Source: Mesotaenium endlicherianum
Lineage: Eukaryota
Assembly: GCA_009602735.1 (NCBI GenBank)
Contig: WELA01002297.1
Coordinates: 62,001-126,000, forward strand
DNA length: 64,000 nt
Direction of reading: 5' to 3'
A model generated the notes under the pieces. That model saw only the letters and a list, made by a program, of their open reading frames with translations, was not told the origin of the DNA and made no database searches. The position numbers and the translations under genes are program-made. Shown here one piece after another: positions 51,301 to 64,000 of this stretch. Position 1 is the stretch's first letter. Every line of letters starts with the position of its first letter.

Positions 51301-52789
51301 GCTGTCGATGCACCCCAGCCAGTCGGCTGTCTGGGCTGCACGCATGATCTCTCACCGGCTCGACTGGCTTGACTTCTGCATATTCGGAGTCATTTGTTGC
51401 AGGGACCTCGTGATGGCACCTCCGTGCCTTCGCCCGTAGCTCATAGGTGCAGCACGGGGGACTAGGCTCGAGCATCCATAGGTGCAGCTGCAACACCGGG
51501 CAAGGTTGTGGGTCCCAGAGGGGGACCTGACTCTTGTTTTGGCTCGATCGTGTCTCTGAGTTGTGCAGGAGGCTGCAGCTGCAGCTCACAAGCTGAATTT
51601 GACGACAGAATACTTCCCATCCCGTGCGGCGGAGCACAAGTGCCTGCTCCATATGGACGGGAACTCGGCGTCGTGGCGGATGTCACGCGAGATGGTGGAG
51701 GGCCACGTGATTGTGAAGCAGAAGTCGCCGTACGCCGAGCACTTCTACGAGCTCCTGGAGCCATGTGTCCACTTTCTAGAGGTGCGCCCTGCACTCGCTG
51801 GCACGTGGGATGCGGGGGTTGGGCCAGTGCCACGATGCATATAGTGGTCTCAGTATCCTATCCCAGATAGGGGAAGCTCAACCCGTACTGGAATGAAGTG
51901 TCTGCTTCTTTTCCCCCCCTCGTCTCCAGCGTGATGTAGCAGTCACGTCGTCTGTGGATGCAAGATAGGGGGTTTAACGGTTCTGGTTCTCCTTCGTTCA
52001 CATCATATGACAACACGGTTCTTCGCAAGGCCGTTGAGGCAGTGTCTGGCTCGAGGTAAGCTGTGTACTCACGTGGTGAGTACTGCTCTCATCGTTGATG
52101 GTGTCAAGACCTTTTTGTATCACCTCCTCGTCACCTCGTCATCCGTGCCCCCCTCGCAAAGCAGGTCCCGCTCACGCTGGGATCTGAGCTTCAGGCCTGA
52201 AGCTGTACACGAGTTGCAGAGTGGTGTTAGACGTGGAGGTCTGCAGCATAGCGCTCGCCTCTGTCGATGTTATTGTTCAGTGGTAATTGATTGCGGGCAA
52301 AAGCCTCAAGCCTCCCCGTGGCCTGAGATCGCACCCTGTCGAAAATTTGTGACGTGCAAAGTGCCTTGGAATCATGTTATCAGATGGAGCATTATATGGG
52401 GGATCTTGTCGCCAAATCTAAGTGGGCGCTCACGCATGAGAAAGTGTCGAGGGAGATAAGGGACTCAGCCTTCAGCTTCGCGATGTCGGTATGTCTTCTG
52501 TACTGCCCATCTCGCTCTTCTTGGGCGACAGTGTTAGCTTGGCTGAAATTGACAAGTTTTTTATTGTGGTTGTGTGTTCAGTAAGTATTGACGAGTTTGT
52601 TTGTGGATGGGTGGGGCTCCTTGTGCCTTGCAGAGGCTCGTGGAGGAGCAGGTGATGTGTTACATGGCATTTGTGCTGAACGCACTCAGTAAACTTTCAG
52701 CCTCTCCGGTGAGATTGAGGGACAATATGACGCATGTGCCCGATGAAGGAATAGCCTCGGCACCCACATGTATGAGTATGGATCTTTGA
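48307..52789 (+). CDS. Multi-exon glycosyltransferase family 90 (CAP10 / POGLUT2-3-like) membrane protein; exon limits approximate
   Basis: N-terminal hydrophobic anchor LLGGLCVLLLLFAFF. Exon peptides: SSLRGPGA.. (filamin-like), HYAIINNTLYR..LLRKVKLPDSEFAFN, PTLAFSTKEDDIDIRIP, PWSTRESKCYFVGT, HKCLLHMDGNSASWR..YAEHFYELLEPCVHF, DLVAKSKWALTH, VMCYMAFVL. GT-AG borders visible. Confidence 0.85.
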
Positions 52790-53214
52790 ATGTTCGAGGT
52801 GATGTGCGCCTGAATAATGTCGGGTGTACAAGCACATCGTGGTGCAAGTAATTTATCCCATCCTCTTGCTCGTAAATAATGTGATGCACCATGAGACGCG
52901 ACGAGGTGCACGAGCTCACAGATTGTTGACTATAATTTGATAGGTATTTGTATATAGCTACTTATATTTGTAACCTTATGAAGGGGACTGTCATAGGGCT
53001 AGCATTGATTGGCTACATTGCTCAAGTTCTCAAATGGGATATATGCAATAAGTGCCTCTCAAAGCAAGGCAATCCATTATGGAGCGGATTAAGAAGTTTT
53101 TGGCCTTGTCATGATATTCATTAGTTTGTAGGCGTCCACTCTTGCACAGTTCCATCCAGTGTGTGAAGCCGAATATGGCTGCCCAGGTCAGCCGCATCAT
53201 GGAATGCGATTAGT

Positions 53215-53335
53215 CAAATTTCTGCCTCTGGTGAGATTGAGGGGAATTATGACACATGTGCCCGACGAAGGGATAGCCTTAGGACCAACTTGCATAGATA
53301 TGGGGTCTTGAATGCCGGTTGTGATATATGCCTAT
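53215..53335 (+). repeat. Diverged tandem duplicate of the GT90 gene's last-exon/stop region (52690-52810)
   Basis: CCTCTGGTGAGATTGAGGGGAATTATGACACATGTGCCCGACGAAGGGATAGCC versus TCTCCGGTGAGATTGAGGGACAATATGACGCATGTGCCCGATGAAGGAATAGCC. Confidence 0.85.
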
Positions 53336-53510
53336 TTCTCTAATGTTGAAGTATCAAATCACACAACATAATGTAATTTTTGTTACAAACATTTCGATGC
53401 ACCATAAGACACCACGAAGGGCACAACCAAGCCAAAATTGGACCCTTCGTCGTACAGATGATAATGGAGGAATTGTGCAGCTAGCCTTTATTACCTTTCA
53501 CAATTTAAAG

Positions 53511-54757
53511 GTTGGCAATTTGTGTTCAAATTGCCTGATTTCGAAAGAAAGAAGGTGATATTAAAAAGAATAGTAGGAGTAGTAGTATGCAACAAATTGC
53601 GCGTCATCTGTTCTTGTCTAGTCCTTTTCTACATGCTGCTTCGCTTATCTGTACTTGACTAATCGATAACAATACAAAGAGGTCAAAACAACTATGTTAC
53701 AACTCCTAACCAACACTATGGATTGGCAGCTGCATTCTTGCTCTGTTGAGGTTGTTCGTCGAATCGCCGCCGTTGGTTACTACTAATCGACAAAAACATA
53801 TTGTAACACTAACAAACAACAAACACCCTATCGTGCATGGCGAAGACTATTGCTGGCACCAACTTCGTTGCCCGCCTCGTGCCTCTCCCAGTGGATTGAA
53901 GGGTTAGAGGGGTGGGTAGGTGGGTATGTGTAGCAACTACCTTCCTGCTGCAATGAGGCTTCTTTGCAACAAGAAGCCTTATGAGGGTTTCGTTTGTCAA
54001 TGAGACACAACACGTGTGAAATCGATCAAATTTAAACACTTTGTCAAACTTTGAAATGTCGCAAACCTTCAATTTGCGACAATGTCGCAAACCAAAGTTT
54101 GACAATTTGTGTTCAAATTGCCTGATTTCGAAAGAAAGAAGGTGATATTAGAAAAAATAGTAGGAGTAGTAGTCTGCAACTAAAGTATGCGACTTTGGTT
54201 TGCGACATTTCATGTCGCAAACCTTCAATTTGACAAGTGTTCAAATTTGATCGATTTCACACGTGTTGAATTTCATCGTCGAACGAACCCTCATAAGGCT
54301 TCTCTTTGCAAAGAAGCCTCATTGCAGCAGGAAGGTAGCTGCTGCACATACCCACCCACCCACCCCTCTAACCCTCCACTTCACTAGGAGGTGCACGAGG
54401 CAGGCAACGAAGCTGGTGCCAGCGAGAGTCTTAGCCATGTTCAATAGTGTTGTCGTTGTTGTTAGTGTTGCAATATGTTATGTCGTTTGGCAGTACCCAA
54501 CGGCGGCGATTCAACAGACAACCTCAGCACAGCAAGAGTGCAATTGCCAATCAATAGTGTTGCTTAGGAGTTGAAATACAGTCTTAATATAGTCTTAACC
54601 TAGTCAAGTAGTATAAAATAATAACTCGTTGCAGCATGTAGGCAAGGAATAAACAGAAACAGATGACGCCCAAAGTTGTAGCATACTACTACTCCTACTA
54701 TTCTTTCTAAAATCACCTTCTTTCTTTCGATCAGGCAATTTGAACACAAATTGTCAA
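53511..54757. repeat. ~1.25 kb foldback inverted repeat (arms ~53511-54095 and ~54190-54757)
   Basis: CAATTTGTGTTCAAATTGCCTGA at the left end pairs with TCAGGCAATTTGAACACAAATTG at the right end. Internal matches include GCTACCTTCCTGCTGCAATGAGGCTTC-like (53935-53965) versus its complement (54313-54340). The spacer holds a direct copy of the left terminus. Confidence 0.88.
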
Positions 54758-55700
54758 GCCAAGGTTTTCAAATGGACAAGATGCAACACATGATTTGCAG
54801 ATGCATCTAGTTCATCAAGGATTGGACTGAATGTTCATGGCCTTGTCATCAATTACAACATCTAGGCGTGAATTGTGAACCCAAGATTTCGTGCGCTGCG
54901 GTTGCTCTCTTCTAAATTTATGAATTTTATTAAAGGGGAAAGGGTTCAGATGGCTAGCAAGTTGCAAAAGCAACTAGTCTCGCTTCATTGGAAGGTACTT
55001 TTGTTGGCTCGCACAACCACTCGCCACCCACTCCTAACAAAGTTTGAGGGAGAGAACAAGTGCATGACATCATTAGTGTCAATTAGGTCGTACCACCTAG
55101 ATTTGGCCCTGCCATGTCCTTGTGGAACACTCATAGATTCCTCGCAGCATTTCCAAAGCTATACTCTCACACATTGTTACTCTTTGCTTCAAATTGGTGT
55201 AAGAACCTACCACAAACAAAAACTTTGTTGCTAAACATCATAGACTAAGCTAAAGTTGAGTAAATAGGAAGTTGTATTCATCCAAATCAATGCATGATAT
55301 TAGATCCGTCGTGCAGTATGGTCAAGGTAAAGTTTGGCAACCAACCACATGTTCAATGCTCGTGTGAGTCATCTTCTTGAAGGTTAGGTTTATAACATGC
55401 TTTTCTGAATAGGCATTCACTAGAATGTAAAAATAGCTCATCTAGGTGATTTGCAATCGTACTCCTCTAAATCTAGAATAGGAGGTCTCCAGCAACTACC
55501 TGTAGAAGGCACACATTATGTAAGATAAGTACAGTTGATGCAATTGTGTGAGGCCACGTATACTTTCAAAGTGCACCAATGACCAACAAGCTACAGAAAC
55601 CTAACTACAAAATCTGGCACTAGAACAGATGAATAATGATATGATAAGTAGCACCCTTGCCCACCAAATAATAAATTTGCTGTCCGTGAGGCGACTCCAT

Positions 55701-56922
55701 CTAGATGAACAAAGAGTGGTCAAGAAGGAACGCAGTGATCTCAACTTCCTTTCTATTGGAGCAGATTACGTTGGACCAAATTTTGATCTCATGCCCCTTC
55801 GAAAAGCAACTCGTCAAACGGAAATACGATCGCTCCGCTGCAATAAGAAGATAGAAAGGACAGGCAGCATGGCATATAAGCAGCTCGTTGCTATATCTCG
55901 TCATGAGGGGTTGAAGTATAAGCAGCACGCACTGGAACAGCTGTGTGGGAGGGCCGGTGTGCAGGAAAAGCAAAGCTTACGGCCGTTCATCACATTTAGT
56001 AGCAAGGTAACCTGTGACAAGTTTGCATATATGAGAGCAATGGCACTTTCATGCACATGCATAGTAGAGCATGACTTCAACAGAGCATGATAATCTCCAG
56101 CTAACAGCAAGATGTCACTAGGTGGTACAGGAGAGCAATAGTACATCAGTACGATAGTGCAGTTGTAAGTAAACACCACATCAGCTACTATGGGCACAGC
56201 CCCTACAATTCTGCAGCCAAAAGAGGAAGGGAATGACGACTGCAAGAGGGACAGAGCCCTACAGCTAGAGCCAGTGAGAGAAAGAGCAGGTCCCCACACG
56301 CCCAAACGGAACATTAGCAGAGAGTCACTTGGCAACTGAAGACAGGCGGCACTCACCCGGCACGCCCTTGAGAAAGCACTTGAAGTTGAGCGCGTCCAGC
56401 TCATTCACCACGTCCTCCAGGTTTGTGACGTCCCAGTGGTGGAAATGGTGGTACTCAAACTCCAGCACAGACACGGCCCCCGACTCCAGCGTCTTCCGCG
56501 CGCCCTGCAGCACCAGCGGGTCAAACCTGCCCCACTCGCCACCGCCCCAGCCACACCCGCAAGTTGCCCCCGTCCGTCCGCCAGACGCGGCCGCGCATTC
56601 AGCCAACAACTCCCACAGAAACAAGTCAGTCACTCGATCAGTCGTCTCTCTCAAGTACAACACTGCCTCCCCCTAATCGGTCCTCTTTGCTGACCACCTC
56701 ACGGCAGCCTACCCCTCAGCGGCCAAATGCGGAACCTGACCACCACCAGGGTGCCTTGAGTTGGCCCGAACCGCCGGAGCTTCTAGGCAACCAAAGAAGC
56801 ATTCAGTACAGCAGCGTGTGGCACCTGGCATACACGCCTTCCTTGAGAACCTCGGAAGCATCGCTGCATGCCAGGCCCGTTTACCAGAGCTTCTACATTC
56901 AATCCAGCGGTCCCAAATACAT

Positions 56923-57008
<86 letters not shown>

Positions 57009-57009
57009 N

Positions 57010-57055
<46 letters not shown>

Positions 57056-60000
57056 CCACATATGCACATGTCAGACCAAGGGCCATGACAGCCAGACGAG
57101 CGAGTGGCTGGCTGCGCCGTGGTTGCTGACCCACACCTCGGTGTCAATCTTGAGGACGTGCATGGGCCCGATCTTGAGGTCCCGCACGAGGTCGTCCACC
57201 GACACCACCTGCACGTCCGAGGTGTTTGCCGAGGAGCTGGTGCCCAGGCTGTGCACCTCGTCTCCTGGCCTGCATGGCCAGGAAGGGAAGAACAGATGCC
57301 GCCAGATCAGACGGCACACAAGGCACAGGGTATGAGACTTGGCAGACGGTGAAGAGTCACACATAGGGCTCTGCCGCTGTTGTTTGGGAGGCTTGAGGAT
57401 GCTCCCCGCAAAGTACAGGAACCAACGGACAAGCAGAACAATGAGAAAGCAAAGACCACAGCAGGGGAGGGAAGAAAACAAGATGACCCACAGAACCTCG
57501 GCAGGCCCCTCTTTCCACCCCTTCAGAGACAGCTGCAACCACCTGAAGGGAGACAAAGAAGTGACAGTGGGCAGATTGCCCACGTGATGCGTTTGAGACA
57601 ACAGCATAAATACTAACACCTGTCAGCTGCTGTCTGCTGCTGTAAAACCTGCTGCTGCTGGTGTCAAAATATGCCGTTGCTGTGTGGACAGGCGTGCAGA
57701 GAGGCCGTGCAAGGTCAAGCTCTCTCAGCACAGACAAGGCTCTCGAGATTAATCAAGGACCTGGCTTCAAATCCCAGTTGATACGCCCTGGCTGCAAGGT
57801 GTTATAAGTCATCAGATATGTTTAAACCTCCAAAGACAAGGATGCCACCGCGCTTCCAGTCGAGTATGCAGCACGAGAGACCCCTTGAGAGAGGGAGAGA
57901 GGGCAAGGGAGAGGGAGACAAAGAGAGGGAAGCGAATGAAAGAAAGGATCACGGGCGAGGCGCACCTGGTGTCGACAAACTGGGTGACATAGGAGGCATT
58001 GCTGGCAGCCATCCGGAACACCTCCAGCCGCGGGTACTCTGACCATTTCTGCAAACAATGAGTGGCCGATAAAACGGGGGCAAAGAATGAGCGCCACTTG
58101 CCGCTACCTGCCAGTGGCTATACTGACGGGCACCCCCTCCAATCCTTTCCGTGATGGAGATGCGACTGCACTCCTGGCCCCTCAACGCACTTGCTCGAGA
58201 GGAGTACAGTACACGACCAGAGGCGAGAGCAAACAGAGTGGGTGCTCGGGCGCGGGAAATCTCTGCACATCCCACCAGATGTCATATGTGGCTCCAATTT
58301 GTCCAGTGTGTTCTGTAGAGGAAGCACAACGTGCGTCCCTCACATTAGGAGGTCTTCACAATGCACCTTGAGCCTCAGATCATGATTGTGTGGCCTGTGA
58401 AGCTTTGCTTTCCCGCAGATGCAATACAAGCACACGACTGACGGTAGGTTGCAAGTGGGTGGGGCTGATAGCAACCGGGACGCATGAGTAAAAAGTCAGA
58501 AGAAGCCAACACAAGGTCGACGAGAACTCCGGCAACAGGGTCCATATCGGCACAGCTGTTCGTTGACATCACCTGTGCTGCTGCGACAAAGAAGTTCAAT
58601 GCTACTACTGGGGTGATTCCAACAGACAGTGGCCACACAGGGGGGGCGCAGCAGCAGTGACGGCTCCCATCTAGCTAGCCTTGCACCCACACCCTCGCGT
58701 CTCTCGCCTCCACTTGCTTAGCCACGACGACTGACCGCTGCATGAGAGCCATCATCTTTCTCTGAGCTGGAAAAATCGAAAGACAGGGGAGAAAGAATCT
58801 GAAAGATCTGAGGGCTTGAAGTAAAAGCTGAAGGGAGAAGTCGAAGGTACTCTGGACTGATGAGAGCCATGCAGGAACTGCAGAAGTGGAAATTGAAAGA
58901 GTGAAAGTAAGGTATTGACGTGCGTCAACAACCTGCCCATAACAACTGAAGGTAGTGAAGAACAGCTCGTGAGGAAGGGAAGAGAGGAATTGGAGGAACA
59001 AAGGGAACTGCAAGAGGGTCTCCACCCACCGGTCAGGAGAAACCTCTTCACTTCCTCATTGCAGTCGCTGCAAACTCCGCACATGATCCACTCTGTAAAG
59101 ACCTCGCTGTACCTCTTCTGTAAATATGCACCCCATGATTTTGGTTCCACTCCATACTGCGGGGACCAGTATGCCATCCACTTGGCAACATTGTAGCCTG
59201 CATGCATTCCATGCAGGACAATGGCGAGTGACGAGGCCGGTCAGAAGTTTCCAGAGGTGGCGAAAGGAGACACGGAAACCTGCAGCTTCTAGGCCTCAGT
59301 CAAGACATAATCACCTTCTGCGAAGATACATTCTCGTGATTTGCCCCGTAGACCAGAACGGAGGAGTGAGGTGGCAGGATGATTTCTCAACCTTTAAGAA
59401 GGCTAGAGGCACGGAAGGAGATTTGATAAGAAGAGCACTTGTAGTGTGCATTCCATGACTGCCCCCTGGCTGGAATGCTTGTCGTCCATCACTACATCAG
59501 ACAGCACAGGCAACTTACTTGGCCACAACAATGCTGAACCCACAAGATTGCTGCTTTGACTTCAGTTGCCCACGATGTTCACAGACGCCATAAGTACGCT
59601 GAAGTGCAGAACTTTGCATATAAGGAGCTAGCTATGGCTGACTTGAGGTGACTGGACCAGAAGCTGAAATGGACTACCTTTATTTGCTCCTATATTTACA
59701 AGAGTCGTTTGGTTACTTGGGGGCCAGATGGAAGCGATGAAGCGTTCGAAGTTCACGGGTTCGGCACAACCCAGGCCCTTGTCTCTCTGATAAATGATCT
59801 GCGCTTCTTGCCTTGCAATCGCTTCCGCACTGCAACTACGATCTCCTAGAACAAGCGGCCCCTTTTGGAATTCAAGAAGCGTTATGTCCGAATCCTCATC
59901 AGTCTTTCTCGGCTCTATCTCCAACTCAGGTTCAGCTTGGGAGTTGGCGGAGTCTGCCACCAAATGCTGGCTGCTCTCTTTCGCCACTGGCTCCTCCAAC

Positions 60001-60218
60001 AGCTGCTCGTCTCCAAGCTGCTCATCCCTGTTAGATGTGTGCACAGTCGTATGCCCGCTTTCTACCATTGTCAATCTGTGCGAAACAAAGCCACCAAGTA
60101 GAAGAAGCCCAAGAAGGGCAGCCAAAGTCGGCCATGAATCTTTTTGTGGAAAATTTTTCAAGGCTGCTACTTGATACGTCCACGTAAAAATAATCATACA
60201 AATGGCGTCAGCAACCAC
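55701..60218 (-). CDS. Multi-exon FkbM-family (Methyltransf_21-like) SAM methyltransferase, membrane anchored; start and exon limits approximate
   Basis: TM segment LAALLGLLLLGGFV; LVNIGANKG|YN; VFRMAASN; VQVVSVDDLV..VLKIDTE|GFDPLVLQGA..VLEFEY; last exon IWSNVIC..stop at 55701. Confidence 0.82.
56933..57049. repeat. (AG)n microsatellite in an intron
   Basis: Direct reading; contains one N. Confidence 0.98.
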
Positions 60219-60439
60219 ACCCCCTTACTTCCAAAGTAGTCCGAAACGGATGGTCGTGCACCACTGCCCAGGACGTGCGTGCTTAGGCCAACCTACTATC
60301 GCAATCTTATTGCGCTTTTACCTGTGACTTTTAAGACTCGTACTCAAATCGAAATCGGGAAATTAGAAATTGGAGAAACTTGCAAATTGCTTTTCCCGAT
60401 TTTAGAGGGCGAAAATAGAGATACCATGTGCCTTCTCGT

Positions 60440-61930
60440 TGTCGCGACGGACAGCCAATTTACTGTTTCACACACATGAGAGAAGTCATGTGGCGCCCAA
60501 TACGGACAGTCAACGGCTGACCCATCGACTACACCTTGCTGACATGTGCAGTCAACGCCAAACGTGAGTCCTCACACGTATAGAGTGAGAACCAACAGAA
60601 ACAAGTCCCGACACCTAGAGATGGGTTGGCATTGACGAGCCAGGTCAGCCGTGGGGCTTCCCTCGGTAAGGCTAGCATTGGCCATGCCAAGAACTCCGAA
60701 GTCGGGAAAAGTTGAGGCAAAAGGCCACCTCAGCCCAGGGTCCATTGGCGTCGATGCCATAATGGCACGACCACGCCATGGAGTGTGGCCTTGAAACTCA
60801 CGTCAGCGTGGGCACTGACCGAGAGGTTGAGCAGTCACGCGCGATGCTTACGAGGCAAAGCGCACATGACCTTTGACTCGACATAAGTTAAGCTTAACGC
60901 TAACTTTGAGGCTATAAGTGCATTCGGGTGCTTGAGTACAGCACGAGCAAAAAGCACTTCACCCTCATTTTTGCTCTCATTTTTCGAAAACGAGAAGAAA
61001 GGAAGAGGAGGAAGAAGGAGGCGAAGAAAGGAGAAGGCGCAAAGGAGGAGTTCTCAAGGCCACAAGAGGCCCGAGCAGGTATGCTTCCGCCTGCGTTTGA
61101 AGACCTCTGCTTCCATTCTGCAACGCTTTGTATGTTAGAAGTCAAAATTGAGGAATTCCTATAGAGAATTGCCTCCAAGAAAAGATAAAATTTGCAGATA
61201 AAATGTGTTAGGAGATTCTAGTGCATAATCAGGACGAACACCACAAGCGTGCAAAGAGCACTTATAATGGTGAGTTTTGTGTTAGTTTCTAAATTCTCTG
61301 AAAACGCAAATGTCTAACTGCTGAATGCAAGAGCAGATGAAGGGAAACTCTAAGTGAAGAACTAAGAAAGTTCAGCTTGCAAAATCGGCAAGCGCGGTTA
61401 AGAGCAAGAGGCTCAGCAAGACCAGCATAGGGTTGCTAAATTCGAAGATTTGTAAGCTTAAGCTCTTAACAGTGAAGCAAAAGTCCGCGTGGGCGATTTT
61501 CTCTAAATCTTGATTTCTTTGTAAAATGCTTCGACGTGATTTTTATAAAAACGCTTATTGTTAATTGTGAACTTATCAACTCAGGCAGAGCCAGCTAAGA
61601 AGTCAAAGCTTTTGTCCTTGTAAGGAAATCCAAGCAAGCATAAAACTTTTTTGCCAAATATATGAAGTCTATGAAGGACAAGACTAAAGAAGATGAAGTG
61701 CGAAAAACGCTAAGATTATTAACCTAGAATTTGACCTTTGTGAGCTCGGGATGACCAGGAACGGTCAACAGATGCAATCTGCGACCGCCACAAGTGTAGA
61801 AGCCAATCATTGGTGATGAACCAGGTCGACGACTCACGTGCAAGGGCCACCGACAAATCGACTAGGTCAACAGCACACGTGTTGGCAATCTTCACACGTG
61901 CGTGTGTCACCAACATGAATAGGCACGACA
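60440..61930 (+). mobile_element. Solo A-B terminal unit of a diverged subfamily of the DNMT-gypsy element
   Basis: Starts TGTCGCGAC and ends TAGGCACGACA. Flanks TCGT/TTGT (4-bp TSD with one C>T). Internal similarity to A (CTTATAATGGTGAG TATA region) and A|B joint GTCCT|TGTAAGG at 61619. Confidence 0.82.
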
Positions 61931-63015
61931 TTGTGTCGCACTGCTCCAGACGTTTGTTTCACTTGCGTCAAAAATGCATGCATCAAAAAAGTGCCTGTGC
62001 CATCATAAATTACTCTTTTAGAAGAAGCGATTGTATTAGGTTGTATTGCACTTTCCTACGCCTCCTGCCACATTTTATCCATTTGAAATCATGTGTACCA
62101 GCCAAAAAAAACATTGAGCAAACTCTCTACATTTTTTGATTGGCTAACTGTCATGTGACTTGTGGTACTCTTTGTTGTACTTTTGTACCTCTCGGACAAG
62201 CAAAAACGCGGAGGGCAAATTTACATTAATATATGTTACATTTCTTATGTGCACAAAAGCTATTCTCTAAGCTTTGGAAGAATGCCCCTTTAGTTATTCC
62301 TATCATAGCCTCTTGACTTTCCTACCTCAATCACTTTGAGCTGTAAGATTTGAATATGTATTCTTGGACTAGGGACCACTTGACCGATCAGCACACTAAT
62401 TTTGGAGCGAACAAATGAGGTAGAACGATATATTGATAGCACTTCAAATTGCATGCCCCAACTTAATAACTACTCAGATTTATTGAATCTTAGAGAGACA
62501 TGGAGGTTGTTCACATAAGAGCATGTATCTAATAGGCCTTTTTGGTGTATTATTCTTGAACCAAACGTAAGTCACTGTACGGCTTGAAAGCGAAGCATTC
62601 AAGACCGTTACCAGTGGTTTCTACGAGATGGTTTGAATACTGAAATGCTCATCATTTTTGAACGAGATAGGTTCGTGTAATAAAATCCAACTTTTCAATT
62701 CACCTCGAGGAGGTGAATTGTAACTTTGGAAACTATTCAACCTCAATCCACGATGGGTTCTTCCATTTCATGTGTCACCCCCAAAATTTGCTGACCATTC
62801 GCGCGAGATTTCGAGGAGGGAATTTGACAAACACAGTTTTGGAAAATGTCCTCGAGAAGCACTGTATACCAAACACATTCTTCGATAATACCTTTGTTTG
62901 AAAAACGTAATTGGCACTTTCGTTCAATACCACAATCGCCGTTGTTGAATATTGGCGCAGTGTCCACTGTAGAGAGGCCCTAAGAAAAATAATGACGATG
63001 TTTTTTTTCCCAATA

Positions 63016-63724
63016 TGAAATGAATCGACTTACCAATAGGCGATTAAGAATTAATTAAGATATTTTAATCAGCAAGTAATCTTTATGGTATTTTCTGTTA
63101 ACTCAAATAACGGCAAAAGACATTACAACTAGCAATGAGCGACATTCAAATGCAAGTAACGAGCATCAATCATGGAATCAGTAAACTAATACATAAGCAA
63201 GGTTAGTAAGCAGTTCTTGTAACGGCTTGTTGCCTTGGATTCAGATGTTTCTTTCAGTAAGCTGTACAAAGAGTTGGCCTCGTTTCCGACTGCCGAACTC
63301 GGTAACGTTCCTAGCATATGTACATGGAATAAGTTTACTGTTCAACGGCCAGTGCGATGGCACCACCTACCCGGGAGTTAACCACGTTGGTAGGACCTCG
63401 GGTAACCAAATCCACAGCCATCTCCCATCATCCCGAATCGCCATCCACCTAAGGTGTCATCTGGCCATTCATCTACAACACCACACTTAGATGCATATCT
63501 AGGCAATTCACCGATACCGCTTAAGGCGGTCAGCTGGTTGTCAAAGAATGTGTCAGCAAGCTGACGTAAAAGGACTTCAGCCTGCTGCTATCGGCTAAGT
63601 CGTTATACTGAATATAACTAAAAGTCCAGAGGACTCAATGTTAACTAAAGTTCAACATACTGAACTTCATTTAAGAATTATATTTAAATGACTATTATAT
63701 CTATCAATATACTGATTTATTACA
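63016..63724 (-). mobile_element. 3' LTR of another, more diverged family L1 element that extends beyond the window
   Basis: Reverse-complement homolog of 37-782. 63725-63760 is the reverse complement of positions 1-36 (PPT plus hairpin). Confidence 0.9.
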
Positions 63725-64000
63725 ATCCCTCCAACTTAACTTGTTGTCGCCTCGACAACATTAAATTGAGTATATAGAACATAAGAAAATTGACAGTACT
63801 AATCTCCCACCGCCTGCCTCTTGTTTCAACACTGTTGCCTAACTGTAGGAATCATATGTAACAGCAATTGTTACCTCCACCCTCAGCCCACTACCTTTGT
63901 GAAATGCAAACAGAGAGACCCCCAGCAAGGTTGACTGAAGGATGGTTTTGAATTTGTTTCAGGGAGATGTTCCTGGGGCTGCAGGATCAGGGGACCTAAA

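Noticed and set aside
56564..57335. ORFs with RE/SL dipeptide runs
   Set aside because: Translations of an intronic (AG)n microsatellite.

Overview
Eukaryotic (plant or streptophyte-alga-like) genomic DNA. Positions 1-47 kb are a nest of LTR retrotransposons (Ty3/gypsy and Ty1/copia, many inserted into one another). Positions 48-60 kb hold two convergent, intron-containing host genes: a GT90/POGLUT2-3-like glycosyltransferase and an FkbM-type methyltransferase. The main signal is a ~12.2 kb Ty3/gypsy family present as three long copies (one complete at 34802-46987 with a 4-bp TSD) plus a diverged solo unit at 60440-61930. (i) It carries a C5-cytosine DNA methyltransferase between protease and RT and a PHD finger after a DDE integrase. 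(ii) It has no tRNA PBS but a Tf1-like self-priming PBS. (iii) It lacks two ordinary LTRs and has a split/permuted terminal arrangement A-internal-B-A-B, with a perfect 12-bp palindrome (CGACA-GC-TGTCG) at the internal B/A junction. This layout is typical of tyrosine-recombinase elements (PAT/Ngaro/TOC1), but I see no tyrosine recombinase here. By inference, the element may integrate as a 2-LTR circle cut at a site inside the LTR. A second, divergent DNMT-RT remnant lies at 13.6-15.7 kb. All calls come from reading the sequence and ORF track by eye; no database search was run.
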